DNA of 64,000 nucleotides from Acidobacteriota bacterium. Its GTDB lineage: Bacteria > Acidobacteriota > UBA6911 > RPQK01 > JAJDTT01. The notes beneath the pieces were generated by a model. The model did no database searches, was not told the origin of the DNA, and saw only the letters and a list, made by a program, of their open reading frames with translations. Made by a program: the position numbers and the translations under genes. The stretch lies in assembly GCA_965263035.1 (NCBI GenBank), contig OZ253580.1:1-64000 (forward strand), given 5' to 3'. The first letter of the stretch is position 1. Every line of letters begins with the position of its first letter. Of the stretch, positions 43,486 through 51,073 are shown in pieces.

Positions 43486-43649
43486 TCGTCACAGTCGCCG
43501 TCCTTTTCTTTGGCCTGGCACTGATTGCAAAGTTCCCCGCTGGTCGGCTTCGCGTTCCTGCTAACGTAGTCGTCCGTTGGCCAGTTGGAACAGTTGCGGC
43601 AATAGTGCCACGTATCGCTCGTTCTTCGCTTTCGGTATTGTCTCGCCAT
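43482..43649 (-). CDS. Small zinc-finger-like protein
   Basis: TWHYCRNCSNWP...GELCNQC; SD GGGG. Confidence 0.6.
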   Translation of the reverse strand: MARQYRKRRTSDTWHYCRNCSNWPTDDYVSRNAKPTSGELCNQCQAKEKDGDCDD

Positions 43650-43766
43650 GCTTTTCACCCCCTTTCTGGCTAGTCGTGATCCCATTAAGGAAGGAATCAG
43701 AGGAGCTTGATAAGAGACTTCAAATATAGCTTGAGTGCACGCCCAAATGCGCCAAATCGGATATTC

Positions 43767-43979
43767 TCAATCGTCAATCTGAGAGGCAGCGAACTCCAAG
43801 ACTCGGGCTAGTTCTCGGGCTTGGTTAGTACTCATATATGAGTAAACATTACCGTTTTCAATCCTCAGTTCCAGTGGGTAAGTCTCTTTGCAATCTTCCT
43901 CGTGAGGGTATCGAAGGCGAACTTCCCTGGTGGGGTACGCGCTCAATGTGATCTCAAATTCTTTCTTACTGTCTATCAT
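43767..43979 (-). CDS. Hypothetical protein (preceded by a 36-aa ORF at 43992-44102)
   Basis: Strong SD GAGGAG; 70 aa. Confidence 0.6.
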   Translation of the reverse strand: MIDSKKEFEITLSAYPTREVRLRYPHEEDCKETYPLELRIENGNVYSYMSTNQARELARVLEFAASQIDD

Positions 43980-44548
43980 GGTCCTCTCCTCCTATAGTCC
44001 CAACATTCGAGCAAACTGCTCCTTGGTCATGCCGTCATAAATGCTGCGTTTCGGCCTGAAGAAGTTATTTAGATGTTGCAGTACAATAATGACAATTGCC
44101 ATTGGTTTACATCTCCATAGTTATTTCATTGGCAACGGCCAGGGGGTTTGGGAGTTCTTCCCCCTGGCCACTAACCTTCCTCAGATATCATACCACAGAA
44201 TCAGGAAAAGGGAACGGCGGGGAAGAGCGGAGGAGTCTGACGGCTCCGAAGCGACACACTACGCATCAGATCCGACACCCGGCTTTCCAGTGTGTCACAG
44301 GCTCCCTTGCGTGCGTGAGCAAGTAGGCAAGGAGTTCATCCTCCGCTCCTCTGTCCTCTTATTGTACTCCGTGTGCAATACGTGGAGGATTTAGGAGGCG
44401 GCGCGGCTCCAACATGGAGCAAAGGGTTTTGTGTAGCCAGTTCAGTTAGGCAAAAACGCGCCGCCCTGGTAAATGCCTACCATGATATTCGATGGAGTGC
44501 AACCTGTGATCTGGATTTCTTGTCACAGGTGGTCTACGATGCGGTGGA

Positions 44549-44652
44549 GGAGGGGTGGCAGAATTGGCATTGCACTCGAATTTAAACTCGTAGGTCAGTA
44601 GGCGTTGCACCACAGCGCACCTGTACGGGTTCAAATCCCGTCCCCTCCTCCA
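44549..44652 (+). tRNA. Degenerate tRNA-like gene; very long variable arm, irregular anticodon arm (loop around TTTAAA)
   Basis: GGAGGGG/CCCCTCC-TCCA acceptor; ACGGG-TTCAAAT-CCCGT T-arm; D-loop TGG. Confidence 0.6.
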
Positions 44653-44662
44653 TTGTGATGTC

Positions 44663-44751
44663 GGGAGCGTGGCCGAGTTGGATTATGGCGCCCGGCTGAA
44701 AACCGGGTGGGTGTAACAGCCCCGCAGGTTCGACACCTGCCGCTCCCGCCA
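44663..44751 (+). tRNA. Atypical tRNA: Ser-like body with GAA (Phe) anticodon
   Basis: GGGAGCG/CGCTCCC-GCCA; CCCGG-CTGAAAA-CCGGG; long variable arm; G73. Confidence 0.85.
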
Positions 44752-44773
44752 TCAATTCATAATACTCGGAGCA

Positions 44774-45223
44774 TCAAAAAAGCCTTTGACTTCGTTGGAG
44801 CAGGCCATCGAGTCTTCCTTTCGGAAGTTTTCCAACAGATTCCCAAATCGTCTCTCCAAAAACCGCCTCATACGATCCTGATTCGATGAACTCAGTAGCG
44901 TTTAGCGAGAGGATGACCCCAACACAGTCCGCCAGTATCAGTGCGGCCAGCGCCTCACGTCGGACCATCCCTCCAAAACCATTACGGGCACCAAAATCAA
45001 TTAGGACTAGTCGATACCCTTTAAGTTCAGGAGAGCTAGACGCGATCGTTTTTATTACTGTAGTGCTGTACACCTCCAGGCTGTTAGGGTCTGTCAACTT
45101 CTGTTGAATCTGCTCGTTTAGACCCGGAACACTGCCGTCTGAACTCATGCAATTAGACCCACTCGACGGCGTACAATTGGCGGTCAGAAGCACAAGAAGC
45201 AAAACGGTGCAGGAGTTTTCCAT
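44774..45223 (-). CDS. Putative lipoprotein
   Basis: LLLVLLTANC lipobox-like; FGARNGFGGMVR motif. Confidence 0.6.
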   Translation of the reverse strand: MENSCTVLLLVLLTANCTPSSGSNCMSSDGSVPGLNEQIQQKLTDPNSLEVYSTTVIKTIASSSPELKGYRLVLIDFGARNGFGGMVRREALAALILADCVGVILSLNATEFIESGSYEAVFGETIWESVGKLPKGRLDGLLQRSQRLF

Positions 45224-45254
45224 AACTCAATCTTTAATTAGAATAGATGTAGAC

Positions 45255-45345
45255 GGCGGGTTGCCCGACTTTTGGATGATGGGGCCTGTTTCAGAAACAG
45301 GTTGGTCCTTGTGGCCACGGAGGTTCGAGTCCTCCACCCGCCGCC
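45255..45345 (+). tRNA. Atypical tRNA, anticodon CAG, long variable arm, G73
   Basis: Near-identical to 42767-42857 except the discriminator; TAGAAT upstream. Confidence 0.8.
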
Positions 45346-45477
45346 CTTGCAATGAAGGAGGATGAGAACCGAAACCGTGCCTTCCCTAACTTCACACTGC
45401 CGACTAGAGCAGCTTAAAAGAAGGCGAGTAACGAACCGAAAAGCTCATCCTCCTCCATCAATTTATAATACTTTGAC

Positions 45478-46755
45478 CTAAAGTCCTGGCACAGAACTGC
45501 ACTTCGATGGAACGATCACAGGATCATCCGATTCCTCAGACTCTCGGTACCTAATAGACCCTCTTTGCGACCAGGGGAGGTTAGGCACATCGGGCAGTTC
45601 AATCTCTGTTCTAGTACCGCCTACGAATCCCTTATCTGGCACCAGTACCCATTCACCACGCCTGTACCAGATGTGAGATCGTGCCCAGACCCGCGAGTAC
45701 CTAATATCGATCGGATCATCTTCGGACATACGTCGGTGGAAAGCGCCGATGTTTGGATTAGGTTTAGAGCTACTAGAAAAGGAACTCGTCCAACTCAGCT
45801 TTCCAGAGAAATTCAACCTGGCCGTAGCGACACATCGACCTGGTCTTTCTTCAAATACCTGGTGGATCTGGTATCCTTGTGCAGTATCAGGCAACTCATA
45901 TCCGCCATCAGAGGTACGGGTTCTACCACCTCCTGCAGGAACCACTGACATCCCATTCTCCAGAGCAGGAGGGATCCCTTGGTAGTCAGCACGTGCTGCC
46001 TTCCCATAGATGCCTTCTATTGTGGTGTCAAAAGCTCCCTTTTCCCGTATTACAATGTCTCTCCAGTCACCAGGGGGACAGTCACCTTCCGTCACGTCTG
46101 GAGGGCCTTCATACAATCGCTCCCACTGTGCTTCATGCCACCGGGCGTTTCCATACTCCGGAGCAAAAGACTCAACTACCATCAAGGTGTAATCGAGCCC
46201 TGTCCCTGACTCTGGGTCGTCCACTTTGACAAGCCAACGCTTGAACTCATCTACAACTCGCCGATTCATGTCGGAGTAGCTTTTGACTCCGACAATGTGC
46301 CCACGGAAGTACTCGGTCCCAGAGAACGAATCAGAGAGAACACGTATACATTCCTCTGTCTTGAGGACTTCATGGGCATCTTGAATGGGCGCTTCGGTGA
46401 GCTCCACTGATTCGCACTCGAGTTCGTCTTTGAATCTAAAGGAGTCTGTTGGGTCCTTGTCTCCATAGATGAGTACAAGAGGGTCGGGAAGAGGAACGAC
46501 CATTGCAGCAAAGAACTTCCCTGACTCGTACTCTGTGACTCTCCACTCATAGATGTGACCACAATGGATCGCATCAAAAAATTCTAGGTTGATGATCTGA
46601 CCGTCGTGGGGAGGCTCTGAAAGACTCACCTCAACGCGACAATCTGGACAGGCGTTAGGGATAAATCCGTATGGAGTGTCGAATCCCCACTTCTCCTCGG
46701 CTTGTACATTCGCCAGGAATGCAGCAAAGGCCATTAGCACAATTACTTTTCTCAT
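45478..46755 (-). CDS. Secreted hypothetical protein
   Basis: MRKVIVLMAFAAFLANVQA signal peptide; SD AGGAGG. Confidence 0.75.
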   Translation of the reverse strand: MRKVIVLMAFAAFLANVQAEEKWGFDTPYGFIPNACPDCRVEVSLSEPPHDGQIINLEFFDAIHCGHIYEWRVTEYESGKFFAAMVVPLPDPLVLIYGDKDPTDSFRFKDELECESVELTEAPIQDAHEVLKTEECIRVLSDSFSGTEYFRGHIVGVKSYSDMNRRVVDEFKRWLVKVDDPESGTGLDYTLMVVESFAPEYGNARWHEAQWERLYEGPPDVTEGDCPPGDWRDIVIREKGAFDTTIEGIYGKAARADYQGIPPALENGMSVVPAGGGRTRTSDGGYELPDTAQGYQIHQVFEERPGRCVATARLNFSGKLSWTSSFSSSSKPNPNIGAFHRRMSEDDPIDIRYSRVWARSHIWYRRGEWVLVPDKGFVGGTRTEIELPDVPNLPWSQRGSIRYRESEESDDPVIVPSKCSSVPGL

Positions 46756-46783
46756 AGCGTACCTCCTTACTCTGTATTCAGAT

Positions 46784-47128
46784 TCAGAATCCCAATGCCT
46801 TGCGGGCGAACTTCTGGATCTGTTTCCACATAATGACCTGATCGAAGTGATGGTCAACGCCGTAATGGTCAGTGTGCGTTATACCATCCTTCAAAATCTC
46901 GCCTGCAATGGGGAGCACGGAGTCGGGAGTCCACCGAGTCAGAACGTCCGAAGGATCGTCCGTCCGGCACAGGTACATCTGTGCTGTAATAACGATCATG
47001 TAGTCGCCTGTGTCGGACGGAATCACGAACAGTGCGTTTGGAGGAGTCTCCACCTCCGTGTTCCAAGGGTGTCCCACACCAAACGCGACGGATAGAATTG
47101 TGATAGCGATTAGCAATGTGTTTCTCAT
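46784..47128 (-). CDS. Secreted hypothetical protein
   Basis: Signal peptide; SD AGGAGG; TATAAT upstream. Confidence 0.65.
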   Translation of the reverse strand: MRNTLLIAITILSVAFGVGHPWNTEVETPPNALFVIPSDTGDYMIVITAQMYLCRTDDPSDVLTRWTPDSVLPIAGEILKDGITHTDHYGVDHHFDQVIMWKQIQKFARKALGF

Positions 47129-47991
47129 AATGCCTCCTTCTCGTACCTTGTGTACGACTTGTTGATTTATGACATCGGTGACCGACGCATTTAGTACACT
47201 ATTATATCACATTATAATAGATGCACAAAGCAAGACGACCAAGGAATTAAGGAAGTATTCGGAAGGGGCGGGACAATAACAAACCGCCCCTTCGAACATC
47301 GCTCCGGGGTCGGGTGAAAGTAGTAAAGCCCTCCCCCATGTGGGAGCGATTACCGGGGTGGCCGAATCAAAGCTACACCTTCATCGTCGTACTGTCCGAC
47401 CCAATTATCGTGGGACAGACGATGTCGGGCGTGCGATCTCAACTGTGCCCGAGTTGCCGGGAGGAGCAGACCCATGAGGCGCGTCTGATCCTGAGCGAGG
47501 GGCAACAACGCTTCCCAGGTAATGCCTCCTGGCGCAGTCATCAAGTGATCGAGGTATCCGGCGTAGGTGCTGAAATTGCGGGGCATCGCGGGTCCCTCCT
47601 GGGGGAGGGTCCCGTATCAGAGGCGTAGCAAGCTGACAACGTATCGGGTAAACTGTCTGACAGGCTGACTTTCCTCCAACACAGGACCAGTTGGCTCAGA
47701 GTCCGTTGGGTGCTGATATCACCTGACGGACTCACCTTTTCAGAGTACTCGGCCTAGCTACAAGGAGCACTCGTTCCCTTGTAAGGGAGCCGGGTCTGAG
47801 TGCTCATCGAACAGCGATGCTGATGGAAGAGTTGCTTATTCACCCGGCGCGGTTCATGAGGCCACGCTTTACCAGGTTGTTTTATTCAGCAAGAGACCCG
47901 ACACAAGCGAATCACTGCCGAGAGCACTGAGGCGGGATTGTGCCGGATAAATAATTGGTAGTCAATAGAAGGGAGAAAATTATCTCAACTC

Positions 47992-48219
47992 TCAGCGGAG
48001 GGTGTCCACCACGGCATTCCGTACCGATTCCATCCAGGTCTCAATCTCCCGCTGGTGTTGGACCAGGGCCTTTACCTTGTCGTCCACAATCCGCAGCCGT
48101 CGGATAATGAGCAGGTGAGAGACGATGATGAGGAATAGGACCAGGAGCAAGGCGAAGGCGTACCAGTGTTGATCGACGATGGGAGGGATTCGGGAGAGTA
48201 ATGAGTTGAGCTGTTCCAT
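47992..48219 (-). CDS. Small single-TM protein
   Basis: FALLLVLFLIIVSHLLII followed by a coiled segment. Confidence 0.55.
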   Translation of the reverse strand: MEQLNSLLSRIPPIVDQHWYAFALLLVLFLIIVSHLLIIRRLRIVDDKVKALVQHQREIETWMESVRNAVVDTLR

Positions 48220-48272
48220 GCTTCAATCTTCCTGCTTTGCCGAAGTATAATACATACATGGCGGAGGGTTGA

Positions 48273-48348
48273 TGGACGCAGCGGGCTTCGGACCCGCGTC
48301 TCCCGGTTTTCAGCCGGGTGTGTTATCCGGGATAAACACTATGCGCCC
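48273..48348 (-). tRNA. Atypical tRNA: G3:U70/A73 (Ala identity) with GAA (Phe) anticodon
   Basis: GGGCGCA/TGCGTCC-A; GTGT/ACAC D-stem; CCCGG-CTGAAAA-CCGGG; GCGGG-TCCGAAG-CCCGC; no encoded CCA. Confidence 0.75.
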
Positions 48349-48475
48349 TCGGTTTGCTTTTCCCTCCGCCATTCTAAACATCTTGCCAAGGTCAGGGGTC
48401 TTTGGTATTTTGGCCTCTCTCGCGCATGATTGTAGGCAATCAATATTATGTGTTATCATGTGTTCTTCAATGATG

Positions 48476-48551
48476 TGGAGCCGGTGCCAGGAATCGAACC
48501 TGGACACGAGGACTTGCTGGGCCCCGGCGTTTGCCATTCCGCCACACCGGC
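48476..48551 (-). tRNA. Atypical tRNA, anticodon AGC, C3-G70, U73, CCA encoded
   Basis: GCCGGTG/CACCGGC-TCCA; GGGGC-CCAGCAA-GTCCT; CCAGG-TTCGATT-CCTGG. Confidence 0.75.
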
Positions 48552-48575
48552 TCCCTTCATTATAGACCGTCAGAG

Positions 48576-48651
48576 GGGAGCCGGTGCCAGGAATTGAACC
48601 TGGAAACAAGGAATTGCGAGTCCCCGACCTTGGCCACTCAGTCACACCGGC
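48576..48651 (-). tRNA. Atypical tRNA, anticodon CGC, C3-G70, U73
   Basis: Same body; GGGGA-CTCGCAA-TTCCT. Confidence 0.75.
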
Positions 48652-48675
48652 TCCCTTCATTATAGACCGTCAGAA

Positions 48676-48751
48676 GGGAGCCGGTGCCAGGAATCGAACC
48701 TGGAAACAAGGAATTGCCACTCCCCGACCTTGGCCACTCGGCCACACCGGC
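48676..48751 (-). tRNA. Atypical tRNA, anticodon GGC, C3-G70, U73
   Basis: Same body; GGGGA-GTGGCAA-TTCCT. Confidence 0.75.
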
Positions 48752-48871
48752 TCCCTTCATTTTAGCACAGGGGGACTATCGTGAAAAAACGACCTCGCAA
48801 GCCCGTGGACATCCTAGCCCTGGCAATGCGCCGGGCTTATGAGCAAACTAGGGGCGGAGAAGCCGAATCCC

Positions 48872-49843
48872 TCAATGAAGATCGTCCGCCTTGTCGGAAA
48901 CCAGATCGAGATACAGCAGACGACGACCGACCATCCCCGCCACGATGTGCTTCATCTGGTCAATAGTATCCAGTTCCCGGATGTTGTGACGCTTGACAAA
49001 CTCGTTGACGTAGCGGTGCAGGTGCTTCACGCTCAAGCTGTGGAACGTCCCCATGTAGCCCCGCTTCAACATCGACCAGAAGGATTCGATGCCATTTGTG
49101 TGTACTATGCCGTCAACGTACTGTTGAGCGCTGTGTCTCACAGACTTGCGATTTGAGCCCATCCAGGCGTAAGCCTGATTCTCGTCCGTGTACGACTTCA
49201 CTCCGAAAGTGGAGCTGTCCAAAATGAACCGGGCAAGAGTCTCCTTTGTCGTGTCCGGCACCACCCTGGCCCTGATTTGATTCGTAGGCCGGTCCTTCAT
49301 GCCTACCACTGCGGTCTTGCCTGAGGGTCCACGACCGGAAAACATCGCCCGTCGCTTCTTGCTCATGTTCCTCCGCTTGCCTCCCATATAAGTCTCGTCG
49401 ATTTCCACGGGACCGATCAGAGCTTCCAAATCGTCCTTGTCCAAGGACTCGCGGAGTCGGTGCAACATGAACCACGCCGTATTCTGCGTCACGTCGATGT
49501 CTCGATGGAGTTTCATCGAGGAGACTCCCTTGAGGTTCGTGACGTAGATGAAAATGGCGTAGGCCCATTTTCGGAGCGGAACCTTGGATCTTGTCAAGGC
49601 CGTGCCAGTGCGGACGCTGAAATACCTACGGCAGTCCGAACACCAGTACGGCTGCGGATATCGGTTTGGCGTCTCATTCGTCTTGACGCTGCCGCAATGA
49701 CCACAGCACCGTTCCTCGGGCCAGAGAACATCCTCAAACCATTTCGTCGCGGCTTCCTCCGTGGGGAACATCTCCGCGAGTTGGATCATTGAGATCCCTT
49801 GTCGGTAGAACTTTCCGGGGGCTTTCCCCTTGCACTTGTCCAT
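48872..49843 (-). CDS. IS1595-family (ISXO2-like) transposase
   Basis: Zn ribbon CGHC/CSDC; VEIDETYMGG, YTDE, HTNGIESFWS. Confidence 0.95.
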   Translation of the reverse strand: MDKCKGKAPGKFYRQGISMIQLAEMFPTEEAATKWFEDVLWPEERCCGHCGSVKTNETPNRYPQPYWCSDCRRYFSVRTGTALTRSKVPLRKWAYAIFIYVTNLKGVSSMKLHRDIDVTQNTAWFMLHRLRESLDKDDLEALIGPVEIDETYMGGKRRNMSKKRRAMFSGRGPSGKTAVVGMKDRPTNQIRARVVPDTTKETLARFILDSSTFGVKSYTDENQAYAWMGSNRKSVRHSAQQYVDGIVHTNGIESFWSMLKRGYMGTFHSLSVKHLHRYVNEFVKRHNIRELDTIDQMKHIVAGMVGRRLLYLDLVSDKADDLH

Positions 49844-50152
49844 GGTGGGCCTTTCGTGGTAGGATTCTCGGGACGCGGCTGAACCGAGGAACCCACGGCC
49901 TGGCAACCTCCGTTTGTAAGTGAGAGACCAGAGCGCAGGACCTGCTTCGAAACCGCGTCCAATTCAATTATATCACACCTTTATAGATGGTGTTTTTATC
50001 AGCCTTACTCTCCTTTAATTCCCTGTAATTATGCCATCGGACCCTGACATTTTTCTGTCATAAATCCTTTGTTTAGTTTAAGGTTACGAAGATTTAATTG
50101 ACCTTTTGTGTGATTGTGTGGTAAAATTATTGGGTTAATGTGAACAGGAGGC

Positions 50153-50332
50153 ATGATGACTAAGAAGGAACTCAACGGATTCACAGAGGCAGTTCGAACG
50201 GTTGTCCGAGAGGAATTAAAGCCGATTGAGCAGCGTCTCGACAAACGCCTTGACGACTTGAAGAAGGAAATCCCTGGTCTAGTTGCGGACGTGATCGCAC
50301 AACGATTTCCAACCCTGTTCCCACACTCATAG
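50153..50332 (+). CDS. Small coiled-coil protein
   Basis: MMTKKELNGFTEAVRTVVREELKP...; SD AGGAGG; paralog of 50427. Confidence 0.6.
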   Translation: MMTKKELNGFTEAVRTVVREELKPIEQRLDKRLDDLKKEIPGLVADVIAQRFPTLFPHS

Positions 50333-50426
50333 GCTGCCAGATCAATTAGGAGGAAGGTTACGAAGATTTAATTGACCTTTTGTGTGATTGTGTGGTAAAA
50401 TTATTGGGTTAATGTGAACAGGAGGC

Positions 50427-50705
50427 ATGATGACTAAGGAAGAACTCAACGGTTATGTCAACGCCGTCAGGCTCGTGGTCCAGGAGGAACTTGAGCCCGT
50501 CAAATCTCAGATTACAACCCTGACTCTTCGAATGGGAGATGTGGAACTGAGGTTGGGAGAGGTTGAAGCCAGAATGGGCACGTTGGAGTCTCGCATGGGA
50601 ACGGTCGAGGCCAGAATGGGGACATTGACTCAGAGAATGGGTGATGTTGAGACTAAGGTAGGGGCGTTGACTCAGAGAATGGGTGATGTTGAAGCCAAAT
50701 TGTAG
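50427..50705 (+). CDS. Small heptad-repeat coiled-coil protein
   Basis: (A/S/Q)RMG(T/D)(V/L)E heptads; duplicated 85-bp promoter/RBS block. Confidence 0.65.
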   Translation: MMTKEELNGYVNAVRLVVQEELEPVKSQITTLTLRMGDVELRLGEVEARMGTLESRMGTVEARMGTLTQRMGDVETKVGALTQRMGDVEAKL

Positions 50706-51073
50706 GATGGGGTGATGGAGGAGAACGACTAGACGTAGTTGTAGGGGTAGGTGACTACTGCCCCTCCGGGGGGAGCGATGGAGTTAGTCAAACTACCACT
50801 CCCTCTGTCCCCTCCATCATTTAATTATACTCCCCACGAAAGTGTAGAATGGGATGATGGAGGAGGGAAACCAATCCTGCCGTCCCATGTATTAACACCA
50901 CAATCGGCAGGGCTACCGTTGAGGCACACCCCAAGGCGGTAGGCTGCTCAGCGATAGTGTGTCTTCCACTGGGTCCAGCCATCGCCCTCCTCCATCATGT
51001 GATTGTACTCCCCACGAATGTAAGGCCCAGTTCAATGACCCTGGAGGCGTGCCTAGACATCTGTGTAAGCCCC

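Larger units (their letters stand above)
42443..51073 (-). mobile_element. IS1595-family cargo transposon (8631 bp)
   Basis: 28-bp TIRs GGGGACTACACAGATGTCTAGGCACGCC / GGGGCTTACACAGATGTCTAGGCACGCC; 8-bp TSD TATCCATT (42435-42442, 51074-51081); internal IS1595 transposase. Confidence 0.95.

Noticed and set aside
47640-47950. Possible additional ncRNA in the transposon
   Set aside because: Non-coding with some stems, but I could not define a consistent fold or ends by eye
42767-48751. Ordinary host tRNAs or integration-site tRNA fragments
   Set aside because: They are full-length, internal to the TIRs and non-canonical; the element ends are defined by a TSD, not by a tRNA att site
48476-48770. 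CRISPR array (regular 100-bp period)
   Set aside because: The units are cloverleaves, the spacers are near-identical, and no cas genes are present
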